Made by a program: the position numbers and the translations under genes. DNA of 64,000 bases from assembly GCF_006345805.1 (NCBI RefSeq), contig NC_042997.1:179800001-179864000 (forward strand). The letters run 5' to 3'. The first letter of the stretch is position 1. Every line of letters begins with the position of its first letter. This document shows, piece by piece, positions 38,318-51,655 of this stretch. The notes under the pieces were generated by a model. The model was not told where the DNA came from. It was given only the letters and a program-made list of their open reading frames with translations, and made no database searches. The DNA is from Octopus sinensis (Eukaryota).

Positions 38318-38510
38318 ACCATGATAGATCGCTAGCCGCTACACATTCTTTATTTTCTCTCCTTGTTGCTTTTTGTGTTCCTTTCTGTGGAAGAGCGTAG
38401 GCTGGAAACGTTAAAGTCTTTTTGACTTCCTGAGCTTTATACTAATACATCTGTTTGTTGTCTACACCACCTGTCTTCGTCTTTTGTTTTTTGTAAATTC
38501 CAAAAAAAAA
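38318..38510 (+). mobile_element. PLE-like remnant, hammerhead family 2
   Basis: CTGTGGA(38385-38391)-a-gagc gtag gctg-GAAACgttaa...tgagcttt; matches 11463-11600. Confidence 0.6.
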
Positions 38511-38517
38511 ATAATAA

Positions 38518-38577
<60 letters not shown>

Positions 38578-39074
38578 GTATATGTATATGTATATATGTA
38601 TGAGCCTTCGCGATTGGACATTTATACTTGTATATTATATATAAAGCAATGTTATAAAGACACATTTGTATGACGTATTTAACTTAACCCAGAAGAAAAA
38701 AAATAAAAACTGTTAATTATATTTCATTATTTTTTTCCCCTTTTGATATGAAGAGAAAGAAACTAATAAAACGCTACAGAAAAGGAAATTCATATGTTTT
38801 GCTGAAAAATTCTTCAAATTAATACAAAGTATTTGAAACGTTAGAAAGAATGATGATAAAAGTAAAAAAAAATTGCAACTGAAAACAAATGAGTGAATTG
38901 ATAGATAGGTAGGTAGATACACGAAAGAAAATTTTATTAAGAATATAGCAAAATAAAAGCAGTAGATATCGGAAGATCTAAGAGTTAAAGGAAATAAGAA
39001 ATAAGAGAAAACATAAAAAAAAATGTATCTATTGTAAATACGTGCTTATACCTGTATGCCATATATATATATAA

Positions 39075-39134
<60 letters not shown>

Positions 39135-39988
39135 CTATATATGTGTGTGTATGTGTTGTGTGTGGTGTGTGTATGTATGTATACATATATAGATATCGAC
39201 ATATATGTGTGTTTATGAAACAGGGGATGAGGAGGGTGCAAATAGTTAAGATCAAAGAGAGAGAGAAACTAATACATACATACACACATACATACTTACA
39301 TACGTACATACATACAAACATACATGTATTCATACATATTTGTATATATATACATGTATTTATTCGTACATAATATATATATATATAAATATATATATAT
39401 ATACACTGAACACTCAAATATACACGGATAGATATGTATGCATATGGAGATATATGTCTGTATATACATACATACATACATGATACACACTCACACACAC
39501 ACATATATATATATGAATATGTATATATACACACATATATTTATACACACATATATATATACATAAATATACATATATGTATATACGCACATGCGCACTC
39601 ACACTAGAAATGCACTAATAAATTTATATATATTTAGATAAAAGAATTATCTAAATATATATAAATCGATGCGTACAAGAAGAAGAAGAAGAAGAATAAG
39701 AAAAGAGAAGAAGAAGAAGAAAAAGAAGAAGAAGAAGAAGAAGAAGAAGAAGAAGAAGGAGAAGAAGAAGAAGAGAAGAAGAAGAAGAAGAAGAAGAAGA
39801 AGAAGAATATCATTGGGTGCAAACAAAACCTACGTAAAATATTTGATCACTTTTTCTCTTTTTAGTAACTGCCGTTTTCGATTAGAGCCAGGTATCCATG
39901 ATTGTGCGAACTTATGATCAAGCGCTTGCAAATCATGACCACCACGTCCTTTATATCTGAGCCAAAAGTTTCTTGTCTGCTATATCTA

Positions 39989-40232
39989 TTTCTTTACTAC
40001 CCACAAGGGGCTATACATACAGGGGACAAACAAGTATAGACAAACAAGGATAGACAAACGGATTAAGACGATTACATCGACCCCAGTGAGTAACTGGTAC
40101 TTAATTAATCGACCCCGAAAGGATGAAAGGCAAAGTCGACCTCGGCAGAATTTGAACTCAGAACGTAACGGCAGACGAAATACGGCTACGCATTTCGCTC
40201 GGCGTGCGAACGGTTCTGCCAGCTCACCGCCT
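39989..40232 (-). mobile_element. SINE family C, full length (tail 1)
   Basis: Perfect 17-bp TSD cttgtctgctatatcta at 39972-39988 and 40236-40252. Confidence 0.95.
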
Positions 40233-40955
40233 TTACTTGTCTGCTATATCTAACCTGTCATTTCATCTCGTAGAAACTCCCTCGTTTGTTCGTGCAATTA
40301 TAAACATGTAGGTGGAGTTAATATTCTATGGATGAAACCTTTAACATTTTAACAAAAAACGAGCCATTGTCGTATAACTCAAAGATACTCTGAATGGTTG
40401 GTATTGATGAATCAGTCAGTTTGTTGATCTGTCTTTCAAGCCACACAAACACTCTATGAAACATCACCATCAACAACATCAGACAGCAGTGCGCAAATAC
40501 CACCACCATTAACTCCAGCCAGCAGCAACACCACCACCAAAACCGCCACCGCCAACATCAACACCAAAACCGCAGCCTCCACCACCACATAACCAACAAC
40601 AACAATATTAAGCTCAACAACACGAATACCACAACCACTAGCCTTACAAGCCGTCGATCGATAAATGATGAAGAAATAAGCAGTTAACATAAACGATAAT
40701 AACACAATGCATAATTCTGCTGCTGCCAAAACATATATTATACGATGTCGTCTGCAGAAACAATTTGTGTATTTATATATCTGTCACAGACTTCGGTTTA
40801 CTGCTGTTTTTGTGTACACATGAGTTGTTGGTCTTATTAATTCTTACTAGTTTTTAAGGCGTTTGAGTAAACAAATCTTAACTAGTACGAAAAATGGTGT
40901 TAAGATGTTGCACCTAATAGCCATAGTGAAAAACCAATATTTATTTTATTTTCCA

Positions 40956-41065
40956 ATCGATGAGATCATATAAGCCCTTTAAAGTTAGTTGCTGCAATCG
41001 ATTTCATAACATAAGCCCTTTTATGTTACATGCTAAAATCGATCTCATAATGCAAGCCCTTGTAA
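40956..41065. repeat. Degenerate 41-bp minisatellite, about 2.7 copies
   Basis: atcgat..cata...aagccctt units start at 40956, 40997 and 41038. Confidence 0.7.
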
Positions 41066-42496
41066 ATCAATGCGTTTAAGCTGCATAGTATATAGCTAAT
41101 GCATTAAAAACGCACGACTCCTGTAAATGAGTAGATCCAGCATTGTACGGATATGCCTACTTATAGATGCATAAGTTCACGGGTATAGTATTGATTTTAG
41201 AGGACATATGAATAGCTGTCTTAGTTACTATAATAATATATGTAATATCGAGGGACTATTTAAAAGTTACATTTACAAAATACATATATGCATGCATACA
41301 TGACTACATACATACATTCATGTATATATGCATGCATACATATAGACATACATACATAAAATCATACACAGGCATGGACACACACACATATACGTATCTA
41401 TGCGTCATACTTATGAAAACACTGCGTTAGACACTTTAAACCAGTATTCTAGAAGAGATAAAATCGTTTATGCACATGATATTTTGTTAAAATGCAATAA
41501 ACCTCGAACGTTCACTGAAATAGTCTCAACATCAGCTTACGAGAGTGACAGATGCATTTCTGCCTCGATGGGCCTGATGTTTATATTTAATAAACAAAGG
41601 ATTGATACGTGAGCTACCATAGGTTTCGTGTGCAATGACTTAGAGTAAGCTGACAGGCTTGTATAGCTGGCGTGTACTATCCTGCAGTCGATAAAGCTAA
41701 TGTTAACATGGCTGTTCCCTGAGAGACGGTGAAGAAAAAAAAATGAGATAAAAAAGGAAAACAAATGGGAAGAGGAAAGCTTGGATGCAAAGGGAGATAA
41801 TTATTTAGTATTTCCGTCAGAAGCAAATACTAAATAAGTTTATTTATGAATTAACGATGCATGGTAGGGTAATCAACTGGAGAAAGGTTAAAGTTTGTAA
41901 AACAGTAACCCTAATCTGGAGAGGGTGTTGTTCTCCAGTTAAATAGTAGAAATTTGTCGATTTGCACCCTGTGAAAATTTCCGATCTCGAATGCAGTCGC
42001 TCTATAGAATTCTTAGATTTAAAATGTATATAAGTTCTTTCACCTACAAAAAACATACTGCTTCATGAGCCGTTATTGCTCTACTCTGTGATGCTCCACT
42101 CTATGTGTGGTGACCACAGGTATTCCGCGATGGACATTCGATAGATGAATGAACGGAATAAAACGCTTCTGAATGGAGATATCAGTAACTGAAAATTGTG
42201 CACTTAACTGAATTATCGGGCAGAATTAGAGTGACGTACCTTAAGACAAGGTCGTAACATTTCAATTAGTCAAACAATCCACCGGATGGGCTTCTACACA
42301 ATTTCCGCCAACCCAATTTCAATCACATGCTATGGGTCAACTCGAGAATCTAAAGAATGACTGGTCCAAGAGATCTTGCCGAGAGATTGATCTTAGACCT
42401 CGTGGTTGCGAAGTGAACTCCTTAGTCATTTTTCCATACAGCGCTTACCGTTCCACACATACATGCATCGAAAATTCATGGATATATGAAGGTATG

Positions 42497-42539
<43 letters not shown>

Positions 42540-42646
42540 TATTGATTGGCACTTAGCTTTCCCTTGTATAAGCCATCGGACGAAACTTAAATGCCGTTTT
42601 AACACGACGTTTTCAATATAGGATGTAATAGCCGCTGGTTTTATTC

Positions 42647-42685
<39 letters not shown>

Positions 42686-42998
42686 ACTGTGTGTGTGTGT
42701 ATGTGTGTAGTACTTACATGTGTATAATGTAGGTAGGGTAAAATTGAAGCTGTATAATCTTGAAGCACATCTGGTTGTTCCAGTATTAAAATCCAGTGTA
42801 TAGTAGCTGTCGTTGTCGAATTGATGTGAGGTTAATATTAAAGTTGGAAATTTTGGAAATGACATTTGCAGACTTATGTAACACATCAAGAAATTGGAAA
42901 GTTTTTAATGCTTCGTGATTACGTACATTTCAATTGCTATAAGGAATCAAAAAGTTGGATAAACATGTAAGAAATTTTCTATGAGAAATTCTTAAGAC

Positions 42999-43317
42999 CA
43001 GGTTTTCTCAGCCACTTTTTCTTATCTATGATTACTATCATATTCTGGTTGACTAACTTAGCCAATCGATGTTTAAGAGCTAGTTTTACAGAAACTTCTT
43101 TCAAAATTCCAAATTTGTTTTTCACACATTAACTTGTGTAGATTGAACTACGGAAAACGTTTTAGAAAGAAACCTAGCTGTTTCTTACAATACACACCGA
43201 TACATATATCTAAAGCAATATTATTTGTGGATGCTCAATTTACTATTTTATTGCGTGGACTCCACAAAATTTTATATGGGCCCTAAGGGACATACGAACG
43301 CCGGTTGAGAAACACTG
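42999..43317. mobile_element. hAT (Charlie-like) MITE
   Basis: caggttttctcagcc / ggttgagaaacactg; TSD cttaagac / ctttagac; same family as 4103-4447. Confidence 0.85.
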
Positions 43318-43534
43318 CTTTAGACAGAGAATCAAATATTAACGAAATTTACATTTGGATTAAGCACTTACATATAGTTTGTAATGATTTGTATAGATAG
43401 TCGGGGCAAAGAATAAAGAGCAAATCAAATAGTAAGGAAAAAGAACAGAGAAAGAGAGAGAGGGAGTGAGAGAGAGTGAGAAAGAGAGAGTTAGATACGT
43501 CAATTTTCCAACTTTCTGTTTTGTTTTATGCATG

Positions 43535-44415
43535 TACGTAGTCTGATCAATACGTATCCGGACTTTTGCTATAGTAACGAAGCTAAAGCACGAACAGTAA
43601 AGCTGCTTTGCACAGATTGACCTTGAGCTCTGTTGTGTGTGTTCCCTAAGCTTTTACGTTCTAGATCACTTCCTCTGCTTGGAAGAAACATGTGTAGCAT
43701 GTGATCGTCACATTGACAATAACAGAGAAAGTTGAAGAGAAATTCTGCATCAAATTTTGCCAAAAGCTTTACGATGCCTGCTCAGAGGCCTACGCAAAGT
43801 TTTCAAAACATTTTCATCGTTCTCGACACAATCAAGAAGATTTTGTGCATATGAAACCCGAGTGTCACTTTTGTCAGCTGAAAGCAGTTTTGGCACAAAC
43901 TTAGCAGACACGCATCTTATACCCAAATCTTAAGTGATAATAGACTGAACTGAACCGTAACTAATCTGCACATCAACTGATAAGTCACGAATGGTTATTC
44001 GACGATTTCCCCTCATGGCTGCATGCATATCTGCAATGTTTTTCTCAGTTCTGCCAGTTGCTGGTCTCTCAGAACGTTCGTCAATATCGACACTTTTTCG
44101 GCTGTCTTGGAAAGGTTCGAGCCACTCGTACACTTGTATGTGACTAATACATTCCTCTCCATCCACTTTCTGCAACTTTCCGTAGGCCTAGGCATCGCCG
44201 TGACAGCTTTCTCTGTCATGGTCAATGTGACGATTGCACGCTACACGCATTCGTTCCAAGCACTTCTGTAAACAGCGGAAGTAAGCCAGAACGTTAAAAC
44301 TTAGTGCGCATGCACATCAGAGTTAAAGGTCAATCTTTGCCAAGCGGCTTTACTCTGCGTACTTTAGCTTCGTCACTATGGCAACAGTCCAGATATATAT
44401 GGATCAGACTCCGTA
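43535..44415. mobile_element. Rearranged mariner with two 5' ends in inverted orientation
   Basis: TA-cgtagtctgatcaatacgtatccggact...EKVEEKFCIKFCQKL (plus, 43535-43800); minus copy 43801-44415 with the same 5' end and SHIQVYEW...DERSERP...NRRITIRDLS...VSAKFVPKLL. Confidence 0.85.
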
Positions 44416-45314
44416 TCTATGTATTTATGTATGTATGTATGTATGTATGTATGTATGTATGTATGTATGTATGTATGTATGTATGTATGCATATATATAT
44501 ATACTCACACACACACACACACTCACACACACACACACACACTCACACACACACACATACATATAAGTGATATAAATGTCGGTTAGTCGGTTGGTTGATT
44601 TCTCCATTGAAGTTTTACAGCCTGTAAGGAAAGGGGAGAAAAAAGAATAAAAAGTGAAAAAGAGAGTTGTAACATAAGAATAACTCAATGAGTGTTTTAG
44701 TACATATATCTCAATGAAATTTGATTTTTAATCAAGTAGTTTGCGATTATGTAAAAAGTTCAGAAAAATATTAACGTATTCAATGCAAATACACTGGGCA
44801 GGAATTTGTTCTATTAGATAATATTTGAAGGCAATAAATACTTTCCCACATTGTATTCTTGAAAATTATTATTAGCTTCATATATGCTGATATTACCTAT
44901 GGTAATATTCTAACGAACTTAGTTTGCATAATTGAAATTAAAATGGAAAATGAGGTAAGATATAAATCTGATTGGCAACAGGCATGTATTTGAACAACAC
45001 AGATTAATAACGGTACATTAAGGACATACATACATACTTTCTCACACACATACATACATACATACATAACATAACATACAAACATACATACGTACATGCA
45101 TCTATTAACCACCAAGTGTTGAAGTGCATCTCTTGACCAATTTTGCATACATGAGACTGATAGCATCATAAGAGTTGAAAAGCAACTTCTTAAGGAACAA
45201 GAACCTTTAATGCATGCCTCAAGGAGTCGCACGACTTTACTGCAATGTATCATTAGAAGAAAGGGTGAGAATATATCGACAGAAGACCATGCATGTATAT
45301 GTTAGTAGAAACCT

Positions 45315-45544
45315 TTACTCTTTACTCTTTTACACATTGCTTCAGTCATGTGACTGTGGCCAGGCCGGAGCACCGCCTTTAGTCTAGCAAATCGACCCCA
45401 GTTCTTATTCTTTGTAAACCTAGTACTTATTCTATCGGTCTTTTTTGCCGAACCGCTAAGTTACGGGGACGTAAACACACCAGCATCAGTTGTCAAGCGA
45501 TTTTGGGTGGACAAACACAGACACACAAACATATACCCCTCCCC

Positions 45545-45595
<51 letters not shown>

Positions 45596-45762
45596 TATGA
45601 CGGGTTTCTTTCATTTTCTGTCTACCAAATCCATTCACAAGGTTTTGGTCGGCCCGAGGCTATAGTAGAAGACACTTTTCCAAGGTGCCACGCAGTGGGA
45701 CTGAACCTGGAATCATGTGATTCGTAAGCAAGCTACTTACCACACAGCCACTCCTACGCCTG
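45315..45762 (-). mobile_element. Composite SINE (A + microsatellite + B), full length
   Basis: Reverse complement of 7816-8260. Confidence 0.9.
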
Positions 45763-45774
45763 TACTGATCATCA

Positions 45775-46478
45775 AAGTAGTCTACGATGGGCCACCAAAC
45801 GGATTGCTCCTCCCCGTTTGCAATCCAGCAACAGATAATATATCAACCATGTACCTGATGCACAAAAGGGACAGAGATGTGCAAAAAGCAGCAACCTTTG
45901 TGGAGTTAAACATGAAGATATCACTCACATTGTAAGCAGTTGTCCGAAAATGTCATCACGTTATTTATCTACCGATGAGATATGTTGTAGCTAGGAAACT
46001 GTATAACGAGATCCGTCCGAAGGATAACCCCGAAGACAAAGAAATAAGAACCCACCCTATGGTGGAAGACATAGTTACTCATAATGAAAAAGAGTACTGG
46101 TGGAATGTTCCAGTGAAAACTTTAATAAAATGTAAACATAATATACCTGACATAATGATTTGGGATAAAAACAAAAAAAAGAGAAACTGTGTCCAGTTGT
46201 GGAAATAAGCTGCCCATACAGCTAAAGAGCAGCGAAAAAGAAAATACCTACGCTGAACTATAGAGACATTTTCAGTTAGTCTATCTAAATTACAAGTTCA
46301 GGTTTATATCTATAGTCATTGGGGTACTGCGATATATGTAAACACACTGCCCAAATAAGAATCAAGATAAATAAAGCCTCTCAAAACCAGAAAGCAGAAA
46401 GCTGATTCGATGATTACCGATCTAATTCATCACTGCAACTGTAAAAATGTGTAAAATTTTCCAGAATTTTATCATTTA
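45775..46478 (+). pseudogene. 3' end of a restriction-like-endonuclease non-LTR retrotransposon (R4/NeSL-like)
   Basis: LCGVKHEDITHIVSSCPKMSSRY (CCHC knuckle remnant), YWWNVPVKT..KCKHNIPD, and frameshifted VVEISCP. Confidence 0.8.
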
Positions 46479-46826
46479 AGTATACATGAGTATGTCAAGA
46501 TATGCAAGTATATGCATGACAATATATACATAAAACATATTAATCTGCACATACATACATACATACATACATACATACATACATACATACATACATACAT
46601 ACATACATACATACATACATACATACATACATTCATACATAATACACACATACATACATACACAATTATCCAGTAGGTGTTGAAATTCCAATGAAGAAGC
46701 CTTGGATCTAGGTTAGAAATCGGCTCTCTCCGCTTATCGGCAAGAAATCTTAAAGTAAAACTGTATAATGGTATAGATATATACAAAAATATTTACATAC
46801 ACACACACCATCACACACACAAACAT

Positions 46827-46857
<31 letters not shown>

Positions 46858-47062
46858 GATATATGCGTATACGTATGTGTGCGTGTGTGTTTGTGGAGGT
46901 ACGTAGCTTAGAGATTAATGGGATGTGCTGCACGGCGGGAGATATATAGGCCACAAAATACGATTAGCCAGCCATATGAGTCTATGATTCGGAAGAATAT
47001 TTGATCCTTTTTAATACAAGCACATGGATATATAGTCTGTATATATATACATACATACATAC

Positions 47063-47133
<71 letters not shown>

Positions 47134-47921
47134 TGATTTATATATGTATACCTAATATTTGATAGTGCTTTTCTTAATTTAGATACAAACGTTGCTATTT
47201 GCATATATAGGCACCCTAATGTACCCCCAACCTTGACTCAGTGAAATATAAAGAATATATCTATTTGAGAGAGAGAGAGAGAGCGCGCGGTTGATTCTCA
47301 TTACATTTGAGTGGCCTATAAAATTGTGCAGTGAAGTACTTTGCTTAAAGAAGAATATTCTACTTGGCCTTCAGTCACATCAATCTACTTTCAAAATCAA
47401 CAGAAACTGCAACAATAACTGAAGTGGAATATATTTTATGTAACAGGCTTAAAGAAAAATCTATTGAAGCAGCGAATAACCTCCTAAAGGCTTCGACAGG
47501 AATACATCTTAATTCCTATTAATGGAAGTGTAACTCAGAAAACTCAGAGAAATAAATACTGGAAAGTACGATTGTGAATGTCTGTATTGTGGTTTAGCCT
47601 CGAGTCTTCCCTATTTGATAAGAAATAAAATATAAGATGCATGGCAGTCCTGGTGTTTCCGCCTTTTAAAATTATGTACGCCTTTTTTGCTATAAAGAAC
47701 AGTAGCGTGTGCTCAAGAGAGATTTCTCTGCTATTTCTAGCATATTAAGTGGTATCATTCCCACCGCAGCACGAAATTTTATATATCATTAATGATTAAG
47801 ACACAGTGAAGTTTAAATAAAAGAAGATTTAATGACTGCTTTTGAATCAGCTCACTAATTTACTCGTTCTGAAAGCAGAAGTAATAATTTCGTGATTAAT
47901 TATTTAATGGTGAATGTAGGA

Positions 47922-47987
<66 letters not shown>

Positions 47988-48800
47988 TTTCTCCCTTCCC
48001 ATCTCTCTCCTTCGATAATTAGGTTCAAATAAGAGTGGGAAGTGTCACCCTAGATATCATATATAACTATTGCCAGTACCACTCGTAAATGATATTCTAT
48101 CAATTGCATAAACTATGATGAACATATATTTAGAATACCATCTGCGCACACGCAACAAAAAGCAACCAAAGAGGAGTATTCCAGCTACATTTGTATAGTT
48201 CGATGCCATCACATTAACCATTCGATCATTTCACCATTCGTCGGACAAAAATTAAAATGAACATATTTTAAAAATAAAACAAGGGAGTGAAAAACTTTAA
48301 ACGACTAGTATTTGTCAGGCTGCTTGTCAATAAAAGTTGCTGCTTGGTTTCTTTCTGTTGAACAAAAAAGGGATTACAGATTTCTTGTTTTTGTCTTCCA
48401 GATTATGAGATTTACTGGAAATCCACCAAACACATGTGGGCTTCATTCGAAATCGAATCAATCGCAGGATTTTTTAAAGAGCCGTATTCATTAACAATCT
48501 TATGCATTATCGACTGATTTTGAGATAAGTTGTGTACTGTACTGGGCGGATAAGTAACACTTTTGAAAATTCAGATTCGGACTGGCGTATCTGCCATGAG
48601 TACCCTATTAAAGCTATCCTCCTGAATGACATATCCAATGTCATTCAATGTCATATATATATATATATATAAATGGCGGTGCCCCAGCATGGCCACAGCT
48701 CATGAGCTGAAACTGGAAAAATCAAAATCAAAAATCAAAATCATATCATTCAATTATCATTCAGAACTTCCATTTTTTATCACCCCTTGTCGCAGCATCC

Positions 48801-48863
<63 letters not shown>

Positions 48864-48929
48864 ACTACTACTACTCTCTTTTTCTCTCTCTTTCATAATT
48901 TATTTCTGTAAGGTAGCTGAACATTGCTA

Positions 48930-49400
48930 TAATCTTCCAACGCATGGTAGATTCAGAAGAGGTATGAGCACGATGGTTATGCTGTTGTGTCTCCGTCAGA
49001 TCTTGGGAAAATATGAAGAAAAGAATGAGGCATTGTATGGAGTCTTGGAAGGCACCTCGCAGGCTTCACTACAGTATATCTGCTCTTTAATACTTAGGAA
49101 AATTCATTCATATGATCGAGAGCCTTCGCATGATCGGGAGATTTACGTTAGGCATTTGCAATTTAGCACTGCACCAGTTGAACTACTTTAGAACCTCTAG
49201 CAGGGCAACCTGTTAACGCCAATGCTGTCCTCATTCAATCTCTTAACGATATCTTAGGAAGCATTTTGTATCTCAGTTGATGGCGTACTCGTATGAGATT
49301 TAATGTCGTCCAGCTTAGGGTGTCACTTCTCTATGCTAAACTAACACAATTCATATTTTAGAATTGTTTACTGACGATTATACTTTTATATATCGTGGTA
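48930..49400 (+). pseudogene. RTE-clade reverse transcriptase remnant
   Basis: GRFRRGMSTMVMLLCLRQILGKYEEKNEALY (cf. GFRRGRST.DMIF.LRQLQEKCREQ), QGNLLTPML, LLYAK. Confidence 0.7.
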
Positions 49401-50275
49401 GAATGTCATGCAAAGCTTGGTGGATAATTTTGAGGGTGTACCCACAAATCTCGTATGGAATAATACTGAAGACACAAGTATACTGAACTTCTGTACTAGC
49501 GAAGCCAGGACGTGAACTAATTTGACACAAACTGAGCTCATCAACGTCAGAAGTCAGAAACTGGGGACGGCAAACCACCTTCTAAAACTGTGTAATAAAA
49601 TCAGTGTTAATGGTAGGCCTCTGACGAAATTGATTACAAGATGAGCAAAGCCAAGAATGTTGAAAGAGCGACTGTAGAATAACCGGCACGTTGCTGTCTA
49701 AGAGAAATTCAAATTATAACGAACTGCAGGAATACTTGGTTATTTGAACAAATTATTAAGAAGTTGAGATGCTAATATATTATTAGGGGAAACAACTACA
49801 TTATATTGATTCCTTGTTTTATATTTTATGATCTCTGCTATGACGAATGAATGTTAAAGTCAAAAGAGTTGAATTCGATCACAAGTCAAATTTTAGCAAT
49901 ATTTTGCGGAATATCTCCTCTAACATTCTAGCATCTACACAAGATCTTTCATGAAGAATGTAATCAATCATTTAGGAATGTTTACAAAATGAGATATGGG
50001 AGTTTTTTTATGATGCCTTTAGGAAGTAAGGGTCAAGCATTATTCAAAAGATATGTTAACTAGTCCAATAGCATTGCTATTAAATAAAAACAAAATATTC
50101 GAGAAATGTTGAATTGTATTGTACAATCAATTGATAGAATCTAAAATTGTCAGTAAGCAATAGAGGGAAAAAAACGTTAGTTATCATGATGATAGTAATA
50201 TACATTCATAAAAATTTATACACTTCCATTTCACTTTTTTCCTGCACACACGCGCTTATATATACTTGTATATAT

Positions 50276-50311
<36 letters not shown>

Positions 50312-50694
50312 AGTAATAAGAGAGAGACCACATGTGGTCACTCTAACGCTAGAAATAAATCCGCAAAGGGAATCCACCACTAAAGAATTGTTCTCAAGCA
50401 TTAATTCAACACGCCAAGAATGTAATCAGGCAGGACAAATGAAAAATAACGAAAAAATAGATTAACTCTATACAATTGTTTCATCGTTAATAGATTGAAT
50501 AATTTTACTTACTTAATCCTTTTCGAATCCTCAGAAGAGTATATCAAAAATATAATTTGCTGAACCGAACGCCAAAATCCACACGAAGCCGAGCAAATAA
50601 TTTTACTGTATCCCAGTTTTTTTTTTCGCTAGGCCACTTGGTGTTTTAAATTGAAATTATTAATTAATATTAAATTTTTTTCACCCTTATCGTG

Positions 50695-50757
<63 letters not shown>

Positions 50758-50815
50758 CGTATATATACACGTATATGTGTGTGTATGTGTGTGTATGTAT
50801 GTACGTATATATATA

Positions 50816-51655
50816 CAGGAATTGGACAAAATAATGAGAAAATCCTTAAAATTTCAAATTTATTTTAATATGAAGTAGGACCGTCTTTGGAAGGAATTAC
50901 AGCTTGAATTCTACGAGGTATGGACTCAAAGTTTCAATGTTTCCAAAGGAATTTTTGTCCATTCTTCAGTTAAAACAGTCTCCAGTTCTTGTAGTGATGA
51001 TGGTTGAGGATATCGACTCCTTACTTGTTTTTCTAAATAGCACCATAAATGTTTTAAAATATTGAGCTCCGGGGTCTGCGGTGGCCAAGTAAGATGTTCA
51101 ACTTCACTAGAATGTTCCTCGTGCCATTCAGTAACAACTTTAGCTGTGTGAATTGGTGCATTAACATCCTGAACGATTGCATTTCCCTCTGGAAACAGTT
51201 CTGCAAACATAGGATGAATTTGATCAGATAAAATGTTTAAATAATCTTCACAATTAATTCTGCCATGAAGGGAAACCATTGGACCGGTGGATTTCCAAGA
51301 TATAACCCCCAGATCATCACAGATCCTCCTCCATGTTTAACAGTTGGACGAAGGCAGTCTGGGTCAAATACTTCTTTTTGCTGTCTCCACGTATACTCAG
51401 CCGGTGGTCGGAAATTAGGTAAAGGATGACACCGCCAAGAAAATAACATTCTTCCACTGCTCTAGGGACCAATTTTGTAGGTTTTTACTCCACTTTAAAC
51501 GCATTGCAACGTTTGTTTTTGAAAGAAGTTGCTTACTGATTGCAGCCCTCCTGTGAAATCTGGCTTTGTGTAGCTCCTGCCGAACAGAGTTGAGGAAACT
51601 GAGTAGTGGAGGCGATCATTAAGCTCTGCAGTGATTTTGGGAGCTGTTAGATCCT
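50816..51655 (-). pseudogene. Tc1-family (DD34E-type) transposase remnant with 3' terminal repeat
   Basis: TA-caggaattggacaaaataatg end; PTVKHGGGSVMIWG, QDVNAPIH (QDNAP.H) and WPPQTPELNILKHLW (WP.QSPDLNPIE.LW); 5' truncated. Confidence 0.92.

Noticed and set aside
40454-40729. Pro/Thr/Asn-rich low-complexity stretch suggesting a coding exon
   Set aside because: Degenerate (CAA/CAC)n repeat with stops and no splice support.
50467-50494. Minus-strand tcta-ttaacga-t-GAAAC-aatt-GTA-taga
   Set aside because: No stem II and two core mismatches; too degenerate to call.
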